In this document: positions 51,401-63,100 of the stretch, piece by piece
Position numbering within the stretch: position 1 is the stretch's first letter
How the letters are laid out: every line of letters starts with the position of its first letter
Assembly (NCBI GenBank): GCA_964035545.1
Contig: OZ037768.1
Span: forward strand, 16,785,875 to 16,849,874
Direction of reading: 5' to 3'
Length of the DNA: 64,000 bases
Origin: Bugula neritina
Taxonomy: Eukaryota; Animalia; Bryozoa
Made by a program: the position numbers and the translations under genes
The notes under the pieces: generated by a model
The model's input: the letters and a program-made list of their open reading frames with translations, nothing else
Told to the model about the DNA's origin: nothing
Database searches by the model: none

Positions 51401-53378
51401 ACAGGAGCTAACCAACATGCTACGAGCATTTTTTCTTACTAAACATATGAGAATGTCTCATCGTTTAACTTTAGATCTGGAGAAAATCTTGATTGGCGTT
51501 GGTGTGGGACTAGGAACATTAGCCTTCTTCTGTGCAATCGCCCTTATCATCACTTGCTGTGGGTAAGCTCTTATAATCAACTGTTGTACCATTGAGTTCT
51601 AGAGTCTAGACTTTGGTATTTTAAATATGCAGAGGTGAAATTTAATAATGTAAAATTGCCAAGAATATAGGCTGACTACATTGTGTAATGGTCTATCGCA
51701 TTGTGTGATGCTTTTTTACCGGACTCAACAGGTTTATATTACTGTGAACAATGTTTCATAACTACAACAAGTAAGATAGCACAGTTACCTCAATAATTAT
51801 CCACACATTATGACATAGCAGACAGTATCTTATGTACAAAACTCTTCCCACTAACCACAGCTGTGAAACAAATACATAGCTTTCTAAGTGAATTTTGACT
51901 AAAGTAGAAACTTTTTAAGATCTAAGCTCTAAATTTGTACCTACGAGTCAAAGTTCTGTGCAAGTAGCCATTAGTTATAAGCACTTGATAGCCATTTGTA
52001 TTATATTGTGTAACGATATTACAGTTCTCCGCATTATTGATATCTGACTTAGTAATAGAACTTAATGGCAATTATTGAACGCGTGTAACTCTGCAATGGG
52101 GTATTTTAGAGATAGAGGTAAAGGGTCTAACTCCTCATATTCTCCAGTGAAAAAGACAAGCATGCAATATTTTAATGATGATGTGACAATTGATAACTGG
52201 GAGCCTTCCTTGCCTCGACCTAAGATTAAACCAGGAGCTTTCGACTCAACACATGGCGACGGCATAGAAATGAGAGAGAAGAGAGGAAACACCGATGGTG
52301 ACAAAGTAAGTCATGTGATTCAAAGTACTCAGTAGCTGCCCAAGACTGCTTGCAAGTGTTGATACATCATTTAATTATCTCCACTCTTCTCAGCTTGCGG
52401 CAGCGCGTAGCAATACTCAAACTAATATGTTCTAGATGCTGACTTAGCTAAATTCAACATGTAAACTGTAACAAGAACAGTTAATTGCTGTAGGAATACA
52501 GAACTGGATCACAAATTTATATACAATACATACAGTGATAGGGGTCATTTTACGTAATTTAGTACACATGCTTTTTCTTAATTATTCAGCTACTTTTGAT
52601 TGCGACTGTTATGGTTTTTTCATAACTGTCCGCAACCCAAATTAGCTAAATAAATAGGAAAAAACATGGGAAATCAAGCAAAATTAGGAAGAACCATGAT
52701 TATTTAGATGCATTTATTGATATTTTACTAGTTTTGGGCAAAAACCCATAAATTGTGAAAAATAGCTAAAAACTGGAAATTTCCAGTGTGTACTAAATTA
52801 AGTAAAATGACCCATAGACCATCATATATAATATAATATATAATAATAAATGACCACATATAACATACAAGGATAAATCACCATAATTCTATCAAGGTAT
52901 ATAATATATGGGCATCTATCACTATAATATATAGTGGTATATCACTGCGTATGTAGTATATGTGGCGATATATTATATATACAATATAATATACAAGTTC
53001 TAGATCACTATGTTTATAAAATATTATATACAATGGTAAATGACCATATGTAACATATACTGGTAGATCACATTATATTACATATAATATACAGTGATGA
53101 ATAACCAATATAATACGAAGTGCTACTGTAGTTCACATATAGTATACAGTGCTAGGTTGGCTCGTATGCTGGCTGTTTATGCACACTATACATATTTATA
53201 GACCATTGGTTAACTTTACTCCATGTTGTAACTGGTATTACAGGAAGGCCGACTGGGTGCTACAGGCAGAGAAAACCCAGCCTTCATACCGGAAGCTGAT
53301 TACGACATCGGCAATGGCCGAAATGGTAGACTAGTAGCCAATGGCAAACCTGAGACAGGAGATTATGTGTATTTCTAG
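37587..53378 (+). CDS. Type-I transmembrane mucin, HEG1/MUC13-like: signal peptide, Ser/Thr repeat stalk, EGF, 2x cbEGF, SEA, EGF, truncated EGF, EGF, TM, cytoplasmic tail; ~872 aa
   Basis: Exons 37587-37659, 42584-43681, 44236-44349, 45045-45176, 45514-45651, 46280-46392, 47640-47704, 48536-48624, 48906-49049, 49609-49692, 49914-49998, 50182-50246, 51475-51562, 52110-52305, 53244-53378 (2619 nt, in frame). Signal [21 protein letters not shown]; [28 protein letters not shown]; cbEGF DVDEC and DINEC; [16 protein letters not shown]...LRNGSVIA; [27 protein letters not shown]; tail ends [11 protein letters not shown]...GDYVYF*. Confidence 0.88.
38639..38833. mobile_element. Short element with GTAAAAATGGCACA/TGTGCCATTTTT inverted motifs around G/T-rich GGGTTTGAG repeats (Helentron/HINE-like organisation); matching inverted end at 42321-42341
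   Basis: GGTGTCCGGTAAAAATGACAC at 38639 and GTGCCATTTTTACCGGACACC at ~42321 are near-perfect reverse complements; internal telomere-like G-runs at 38701-38770. Confidence 0.45.
38911..39060. mobile_element. MITE with ~30-40-bp imperfect TIRs
   Basis: TAGGAACAGTAGTGAAGAAATTGAGACAGCC vs GGCTTTTCTCAATTTCTCCATTACTGTACCTA; second copy at ~35900-36045. Confidence 0.7.
40029..40926. mobile_element. Small TA-flanked MITE split by insertion of a second element (outer element of a nested pair)
   Basis: TATAAGCAGCATCAAGTTAGAGG...CTGAGTGCAGCAGTTTGGGGTT (40029-40078) pairs with AACCCCAAACTACTGCACTCAG...CCTCAACTGGAGGCTGCTTATA (40879-40926). Confidence 0.75.
40084..40860. mobile_element. 777-bp non-autonomous DNA transposon with CAC...GTG termini, 3-bp TSD (AAG) and subterminal AGATCGATCT palindromes
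   Basis: TIR CACGGGCTTTCCATGTACCGATCTCAGATCGATCTCA / TGAGATCGATCTGAGATCGGTACATGGAAAGCCGGTG (1 mismatch); AAG at 40081-40083 and 40861-40863; ~10 GATCGATC-type motifs. Confidence 0.88.
43030..43681 (+). repeat. Coding VNTR: ~16.7 copies of a 39-bp (13-aa, [13 protein letters not shown]-type) unit with a 156-bp higher-order period
   Basis: Visible in DNA and in ORF 42574-43746; rich in Ser/Thr and N-x-S/T sequons. Confidence 0.97.
45652..45810. repeat. Degenerate GTAAGTAATGGTAGAT tandem array starting at a 5' splice site
   Basis: At least five GTAAGT hexamers within ~110 nt downstream of the exon ending at 45651. Confidence 0.8.
47917..48425. repeat. Two (TA)n microsatellites (~47917-47953 and ~48270-48402)
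   Basis: Directly visible; source of the poly-(IY) spurious ORFs. Confidence 0.95.
52542..52813. mobile_element. 272-bp MITE with GGG...CCC termini and 4-bp TSD ATAG (Sola2-like end structure)
   Basis: TIR GGGTCATTTTACGTAATTTAGTACACA / TGTGTACTAAATTAAGTAAAATGACCC (1 mismatch); ATAG at 52538-52541 and 52814-52817. Confidence 0.85.
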
Positions 53379-54144
53379 TGGAACTCTGCGTGGTCTAGCC
53401 ACTGATATAATTAATCTAGCAAATACTATTTTTAGTTATTTAAATCTGTATGCCATTGATTCTTATTATATTCAACATTTAGTGTATAATATTTTGTTTA
53501 TTTTGACGACAATCTGTAGTGAATGCTGAGTTCATATGAATTAAACATTAGAGCATTGGAAATTGCTATATATGTATTTTACTAGGGTACCTTCATTTTA
53601 AACATTTATACATAAACATAGTCATGACATACATGTATTATATTTGCTTATGTTAGTACATAACTTAAACTTAAAGTCTGATACGACAACAAAACTTTTT
53701 AAAAATAAGGTTTACATAAATAGCTACAAGTTTTAAAAAAAATAAATACAATTAACTTCTTAAGTAATACGTGCTTCAATTAAAAACTTATTTTGTAACC
53801 GTCAACATGCTTGCTAGATTTTTGAAAATAATATTGACGAATTTCTTCAAGAGATTTTCTAAGATTTTTAATTTTACTATAAATTAAGTATTATGTGAAG
53901 TAACCAAGAATAGTGAACAAATCTAGAGAAGAAAATCTGACATGATAAATAATAATATATGTCATCTACACCAAATAAATACACGGCAGTTTACAGAATA
54001 CAGAAGTGAGATAATGTAGATGATATATGATAGAGGAGTAACCTGTAGCATAGAGATAGGGATATATTCATATACTATGTTACTCAGACAATAATCTGTA
54101 ACTCAAAATAATAAACCTGTGGCAAGCCTAGGGCAAGTCTAGCC

Positions 54145-57100
54145 CTAAAATGATGCAATATAAGGATTTAGTGATTGTGCAGTTTGCTTATAATAGGCGG
54201 AGCTTGTACCTACGAGATAGACCCTCTTGTTTCCCAGCGAGACACTGAAATTAAAACAATTATAAAATATATTTTACAGAAAAGCTGACATACACAAATT
54301 CAAATAAGACATTAACCATCAAACACAAACCTATTTTAAATATATCATTGAAAATACTTCTGATGACGAATGTTTGAAACAAAAAGTGATATTTATAACA
54401 TATTACTTTTTGATATAGTAATATTACTTTCAGAGCAAAAACTGAAACCTTGGCTATTATTTCAACACTAATTTATACAAAGCAGTAGAAAGTATTGAAT
54501 ATTACATTTCTAATTTACTAGTTAGTGGCGACTGTGAAAGAGTGGGTCAACAATTAGTAAGCATTGATTAAATAATTACTAGATAAGTAAATGAAAATTA
54601 ATAAAATATCGAATGCTATTAACTGTCTAACACTGGGCTCTCTATTTCATGATAACAGTAGTGCCTAACATATGAATTGAAATAAGAGGGGACTGTGCAA
54701 TTACATGATGTTATAAACTATTATTCTAGCGGCCAGTACACTAGTCACTCAAGTTTGAACATGCAGAGCATCAAATTCAAATTGATCAAATGATAAACAA
54801 AGGCATTATTATCAGTGTGAAGAATTTGGCATCTAATTCCAATTTCTTAGTCAAGTATAATCATAACAAGCAGATGTCTGCAATTTTAAGAGATGCATTC
54901 CAAGTTCAAGCTCGAAATGATTAGCACAAAATTTAATTTATTTTCTATCACTGTCCTTTTAGCAGCAAATATAAACCAATCATTCTGTGAAAGCATTAGC
55001 TAATGTATCAAACAATTTACAGTTAAAATTGGTTTTGCTTGACAATGGAAAATAAGCAGTTATTACTTAATATTCACTACAACACCTCAATAACAGAGTC
55101 CTACTCTTATCATAATCAAATTGTTGGCCAGTTGATTATAATATTGCATGTATAATCCAACACCCAATAAAAAATGAGGTCTCTAAGTGACCCGATCAAC
55201 AAAAAACACAGAAATAAAAATATACAAGCTAGGAATTTCAGCCGACTGTATTTGTCAAACATCTTATAAATGGTAGTTTTTGTTAATTATCTTCTCTACC
55301 AGATCGTAAGGTTACACAATCAGTTTAGCGAAGTTGTTCAATCAATTGAAGATAGACCTGAACAAAACATACTATAAATCGAGTTTAGCTGAGTAGACAA
55401 CTCCTAAACTATATTTGAGTTGTAACCCAGATACGTCTGCAGATTCTAATACAAATGTAATTAGGCAGCCCTGCCTTAACAAGTTGAGAGAACTTACGTA
55501 GTTACACCATTGTATATCCCATAAGGACTGATTCCATCCATGTACATCAGACCAAAACAGGAATAGACATACTTGAGTGATTGGTAGTCGTCTGCTCTAG
55601 CCTGACTGTACACCACAGCTATGTTATGTCTGCAAGTACAGCATTTACAGCTTAGAACCCACTACTACTCGCACACATGACTTGTATCAATTTAAAGGAA
55701 TGTATGTAATAATTCTGGCCAAGTAGAGTCTGAATGAATGCTGAAGTCGGTTGCTAGTGGAATATTTACTTGTCTAAGGGTAGGAATGGAGCCAGCTGTT
55801 TGACAGCGCCCTTTCCTTTGCTATTTCTGCAGATGGTCATATCACGCTCGGTCACGTAGTATGCACTTTTCAGATTGTCAGTTACAATTGTGTCAAAGTT
55901 GTATACATTGTCCATTGACAGGGACACTTCTGTGAGATTCATACTACAAATAACAGTATAGACAAATATATCCACCAATAGAGCCACACCACATTGAGGG
56001 GGTAAAACTGAGCTCAAGCAACAATACCAAAATAGTTCTAGAAAAACATGTTAATAAAGGATTGCTAAAGCCCCAGACCATCGTGCAGTATAACAAGATA
56101 CCCACCTAGCAGCTGTTCTGGGCATGCTCATGGCAAGGCTAGAGAGAGGCTGAGTCTGAGCAGAGTACGCGGTAGGACTGAAATAGCCAGCTCTAGAAAT
56201 CTCCGGAATAATGTACTTGTACTGTTTCTGAGTGCCAGACTGGAACCACTGCTGAATGGATCTACAACAGACACTCCGCATCAAAAATCTCAACTTCATT
56301 TCTTCACACATAATTCAAAATTCATAACATGAGAAAAATGAAACTGATTTAAATAAAACATCCATTTTAGAAAACAAGTGCCGTTATTTTCAGCCATGAG
56401 AACTTTTGCAAGCAGTTAATTCATTGACGAATCACGGTTAGTTGGCACAGGCACTAATATTCTAAATTTGACTTCCAACCAACTTTCACAATATAAAAAA
56501 ACTCACGCAAGTTTATAGTTACCATCTCTGTGAGAAAACCCGTAATGAAAGGAATTTTTGTTAAATCAGGCTAAAGACTTATTAAGATGAGGCACAGTAG
56601 CGATTATGACTGGATGCTTTTCCTAACATCACCAATGATCTTTGCTGGGACTCGAACCCATGACTTCGTGCTTACTAAACAAAGGCTCCAACCCCTAGAC
56701 CACGGCTGCTCCCTAACCAAATGCCACACTATGGTGAAGGATAAACACATTCTATCAATACCTTTGACTACAACACTCCTGCTCTCTGCCCTTTATCTCT
56801 GTCTCATAGAATGTTGTAGAAATAAGGAATGCTTGTCCAGGAAAGAGCGAGACCACATGTACCGCAGAGGGATCTGAGGCTACAGTCTCGAAACCTGCAG
56901 CAAACGTTACACCACTAGTAGTCGGTTATACGCCTCATGTATTAGTAGCTGGCAATATCTAAGCTGTAGAACTTTAAGTTAAATAGTGGAACTAGATATC
57001 AACTACATATTCCCTGACACTTACATTTATGCAGCAATCAATTATTAACATATATATTGGCTATCGGCTATCAGTTATACACAACTCCAGGGTAGTAGGC

Positions 57101-60100
57101 CCAAACATGTTGGTCCCATAATGAATTGTGTGCATACACGTCTTGAATTAATTTAATATGACCTCGGTTGAGCATTAAACCAATTTGAGTGAATTAAAAC
57201 GCAAATGAAGAAAAAATATACGTATGAAATCAAAATGATGACAGAACAGACTACAAACCTTGCGGGTTCCAAGCTGATGCGGCCCCAATTTGTGAATCCT
57301 TTTTCATGGCCTTCAGTGCGTGGCCCATGTACCACATAAAGCCTGGCTTGGCCACCACCTCATCATCAATCACTATAGCATGAGTGGCGTCAGAGTTGAG
57401 CAACCAGAACTGCTGAAGAGCAGCTGTGAGAAATTCTACAACATGCAGAGACGCAGATGTATGGTAGCTGCTAGCTGATACAGTCCACCACCAGATATAT
57501 TCTGATGTTCAATATTCATAACATAGCGACTCAAGAAGTGTGTTTAGTTTTTATTAACATCTCCTCGATTGCAGACTGAGAAAGAACTTACCCACATATC
57601 TACTGATAGGCTTGACTACAACTCGCTGAAACCCGAATAACTCAATGAATGGCTTGTAGTCATCACCAAACATGATGCTGTATGCCACGTATACTTTCTT
57701 TGTATTGAGACCCGGCTGCTTGAGTAGAGACTGTAGAGTATGACTCATAGCGATGTTGTTTACTCCTCCCAGAACCAGAATGGGCACTTCAAACACCTGC
57801 AGACACAGTGTGAGTGTCACTAAACATCGCCACTATATAACAGTTTCAATATATCGTACCATATCACATACTATGTACTATGTAGTACCTAGTAACCAAG
57901 TGTTGCAATTTTATTGAATGATAAATTACCATCAACTTGATATCATATCGATAGTCAGTCTAAACAAGATAATATCTACCTCGCTGATGGCATCGTAAGA
58001 GGTCAGCTTTGCGGCAGGTATCAGAGGCTCTGTCTTATGGTGAACGAAACAGAAGTCAGCAAAACTTTGGTGTTTGGCGCAAAACTCAGTCCGGGCTTTA
58101 CTAGTAATCTGCTCCACTGTAGCTTCTGTCACTGCAATACATTAAAGACATTCAACCTGCAAACGAGTTTCGGGCTAAAAAGTGGCAAAACAGCAGCGCA
58201 GAAATAATTTCACAGCAAGACAAAAAGCAAGAGGGTTTTTCACACACGGCAGTAGATAGTTGATTAGTGAGCATGTGCAAGAGGAGAAAAGCCTTACATT
58301 CCATTGGCAGACAAAATCGTTCATTTATTGGTGGAGCAAATTTCTTGGGTGAATCTGGGCGGCTGATTTTCTGTATAGGCGTAACCTTCAGACCCTTGCG
58401 ACCAACAAAATAGAGGACGGTTCTCATAGCTATCAGGTCGCCGTTGAATCCAAACTGCTTCAGAAGGTCACGGGCATGCTGCTTCAGACTGGAGCAGAAG
58501 AAGCACAAGGTCAGCAAAAAGCAGCAACAAATTTTGTTCACACTAAAAAATATCACTAAATTGACTGCCAATGATGCAATGATTTCTATAAATACAACAG
58601 TCAAGTTGAGCATCACATGTAACGCTGGGAAAAGCATAGAAAACTTTTCAATCCAAACTCTTGAATCAAAATAAAATTAGAAAAATGAATTAAAAAATAA
58701 ATCAATGATGGATTGTAAATAATAATTAACAGTGCTAGTAATTTAAGCATTGACTGCGTAAGCTGCAAGTGTAGAAACTCGAGTACATGGCCTTGTAATT
58801 CTGTGTTGCTCTTTCACCAGCTAGATAATACATTATTATAGCTCGTAACTTTACCTTACACTCCCATCATCAGACACTATGGCAATCAAAAAGTTCTTTG
58901 GTTCTACATTCTCCAAGAATAGCTCCAACCGACTACTTTCTAAAATTTTAAATAAAAAACTCGGTCATTGCTTAAGGACTGCTTTTGCTGTACAACACGT
59001 AAATGATATGACAACCAGAGTCAATTTTCAGCAATGAAAGTATGATTCTGCGTAAGCTGTCTACTCATTAATATTGTATGACCATGAATAGAATTTCACG
59101 AAGTCATGGTTTCAAAACCCAGCAAAAGCCATTGGTGATGTTAGGAAGAGTATAATTGCCCCTCTGCCATATATGAATAAGTCCTTAGCTCGCTTTAAAT
59201 TTTCATTAGAGCTTTCTCACAGAGATATGGACTATAAACTTTTTTAAAGTTTTATAAATTGAATTGCACATACTAACTTCTTCATCATTTTAAATCGTTG
59301 ACAAACAAAACACAATTTCAACGTTTTGTAATCATCGATGAGAAGGTGAAGGTTAGAATGGTGGCAGCTGTATACTGCTAGGAAACATGACTCACCAACT
59401 TGGTATGTGTCATACTCTGCCGTCTTAATAACAGTTTTGGTGGCTGGATCCAGCTCTACCAGATTGAATCCTCGCGACCCCTTAAGTCCTGGGTAGTATA
59501 TGCTAGACACACATAAATAATATAGTAGAATAGAAATTTCAACAGCCTATTATCAACAGAGAAGCAGTGCATGCATCTGTTGAAAATACTAGATGCTCTT
59601 CCAATGGTTTAACTCTCTCTTGGGTGAATTGTATTTGATATCAGTATCCAATAGTATTCTCTCGCTTAATATAAAAATACTTTCCTTCTCTGTGGAGGAC
59701 TTTACTATCTAAATTTTCCTATTCAGCCATTTCAAGACATTTTGTAAATAAATGTAATAATCGAGACCAAATATTAAAAAAAGCTCAAATAATGAATATT
59801 ATTGTATGCCATGTCACCATGATCTTAATGAGAAAAAGACACTAACAATTACCAAACAATAAAAAATCTCGATAGAACTTACTACGTGCTTCCTATACAC
59901 AGTTTGGGTGCCTTCGTCCCAGTATCTCCCGTAGCTATGTGTATCTCAATTTCCTCAAAACCACATTTTTGAACACCACAGTTCTCTAGGCTGTACCCAT
60001 TTATCACATCAACATCAACATATTTTGGAGAAACTGAAAAACACTCCATACTTTTTGACACATGTAGTTCTACATTTGAGTCATAACCAAAATTTGGTTC

Positions 60101-63100
60101 TTCACAGACAATGTATACATAATTTTATTTCCCTGATGTTGGTTTATTCCGTTTCAAGAAAAAAGAAGACAATTCTGTTTGAAAATATTAACATATTAAT
60201 CACTTTAACTTACTTGGTTGTGTAGCGCAGCCACTGACATTAACAGCTGCAGCTGGCCAACTCGCTCCTTTAGCTACTGAGCCAACCTGCAACAACGTAA
60301 CTACCAGGTAAAACATAGTTGAACAATTATCTGTGGAAAATTAATTTCATCAATGTTGGAGCAGTTTAGTGCCATCATTTTGCAAATACTACAAACCAAA
60401 CAAGAAAATAAAAATATAAACATCTTTATATTTCACCTGTACTTCAACCAAGATGTCTACATTAGCTAAAGCTGGCTTCTTCATTTAATCAGATAAATAA
60501 CTACTGCATAATTCAGTTCTCAAAATGACTAGACATGTTTTATAAATTGCATTGCTTGGCAGGCTGCTATTGCAGACATTGGCTTTCTGCATAACATTTG
60601 AATAATCAGCAGTCGTCATCATTATTCAACAGCATATTAATATTGATACATTTTGATTTATTGGTGTGGAAACTTAACCTTCTAAACTAAAATAGGTTAA
60701 TTCTCAATTGAGAATGCAAATGACTTTGGTGTTGAATTTATTATAAAATTATAGTACAGCGAAACTTCACCATAGTTTATCTAAGCAAGTGGCTCAAACA
60801 CATCCGCCCCTGTAAGCCATATTATGATGAATAAAATGTTGTTCTGACAGAACTACTAATCAAATTTCACTGAGTTTAACAAAGTATCCGATGAGGAACT
60901 TAACATTAATACCTCCTGGTAATGAAAATAATGCTATATAAACATACTACTGCATGAAATTCAAATACAAAATAGTATTAATTTCAACACTGATGATCTA
61001 TGATGATTGATTACATAATTGTAACAAAATTGTTCCTATTTATGATGTCTCTACCAATGTATTGGTGGTTAGCTAAATACCTGGCTGCAGTGAACAACTA
61101 AGTTATGCAGCCACAGCTTCATTCTACCTGAGGGATAGGAATAATTTTCAGACAAACAGCAAAGTTTAACAAAACAATATTTGGAAGAAAAATAAATCAT
61201 GATTGGGACATGACATACACTGCTGTTAAAGAATGAAAACAGGGTGTTAGCATCTTTCACTAAAAATGCCACAGCTTCATTAGTTCAGTTGCGATTGCGG
61301 TTTAGAGATCTAATTCACCAACCAGCTAGGAACTCATATTTCAACAAGTGAAAAGTATCACTACAAGATTTATAGTGGCCCTTGTGTGTTTATATACAAG
61401 TAATTGTTCAAGTCAGTGTCATTTAATTTATATTAATAGGGGAGGGGCTCATTAGTATCATTGAGTTATGATGGAATGTATCCGAAGCTACCAACTTAAT
61501 TATCAAATAGAATGTTGGGCATGAGCTACCACAAGCAAGCTATTAGAGAGTTATCTCGGCTCAACATTGAGATAAATTTGTTTTAACATTATCTAAAACT
61601 TTTTATCAAACAACTCTATCTTAAAAGATTATTCAGGATGGGCCAGTGGGCTGACTTATAAAACAGTTGGTGATGTTGGGAAGGTTATATAATAACAATT
61701 GTTTCAATACAACATTGAAGACCTCAGGCTATGCTTTAAGCTACAGTTGCATGTACAGTTGTTTTCTTTGATACCCGTCTACTAGTTAAGATAATTAATT
61801 TCACACAAAAAAGAAATTAAATATAATTTTAAATACATGCACCGTTGATTAAAATACAATAAATTTTCCACACGACTATCCTCTTTTCCAAAAGCTGAAG
61901 AAGTCAATAGAACTACAGCTGTAGAGGTAAGCTGATTCAACTACAACAGCTGTCATAATTGAGACTAACCACTTAACTGAAGCTGTAGTCTCTTCAAGTC
62001 TAAAATACTTTAATTCTACCAATAATCATTTATTAGGGAGAAGCGGTGGGCTAGAAGGGGTTGGCTTTAGTAAACACAGGGTCAGTCGTTTGAATCTACC
62101 AATACTATCAGTTAACGTAGTTCCTTTTTTTCAAAACAGAAATAACCTCTCAAAACAAACTAATTCAATGAGAAGTAAAAATCCTCAAGACATTCAGTTA
62201 ACGATAACTGGCCAACCCAGAACATGAACCAATAATACAGGTCAGTAAGCAAACCCTCTAACAGTTCATCTAAAACATGGAGTCCTTCAACAATTTCGTT
62301 CTTATCCCCCCTGCACTGCTGAAACATTGCACAAAGCAGTTTGACTAATATTAAAGCAAATTACGACATTTTATAAAACATTTTAAGTCATTTATATTCG
62401 TTCTATTTAAATACATACTAATGAAATAGTTGACTAAGCATAAAGAGTATTTAAGGAGCCAAATTTGTGGCAGCATAGCACAGTAAAGCATGAGGGGGGA
62501 TTTCAAGGTGACATGATAATTTTTCTTACTTATATATAAGCTTGCCAACAATGGAGACCATAAATTCAGAAGCTTTTTCTTGCATTAATGCGAACTTTAC
62601 CTGATCATTTCTTGGGCATGTATCTAAGAAAATCTTCCAAGCAACTGATTGGTGCTAAGTAAAGCACCCTTCTCAAGTTAAGCTGGGGATTTATTCACAA
62701 AATCAAATTCTAGTTCTTATAGAGTGGAATAACGTAAACTTTCTTAAAACACAGAATCCAATGATTGTAGCATTTAAAATTTAAAAAGCAATGTTGTTCC
62801 TAATAGGTATTAAAGTATTGAATTGAATTATTACTTCGATTTTTAAACTAACTATGTTATAAAATCTTTATTGCTGCATAAGACCACAACCCTACCTTTT
62901 CAAATCCAAAATTTCCAGGCAGTGCCTTTTCTCCAACTAGCACAAAATTGTCCCGGAACTTCAAGTTTTTAGCGAGAGCACTACCATATTGATTGAGCAA
63001 TGTCTTCACAGCGCTGCATAAACTGAAATCAAAAGTACAATTATCAGTTAGTATACGAGAATATACATGAAACACCGCAGAAAAATAATAAATTACAGCA

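Noticed and set aside
56640-56713. tRNA gene (A and B boxes present)
   Set aside because: Continues directly into a body shared with other dispersed copies, one with a TSD; it is a SINE head, and I could not fold a convincing cloverleaf.
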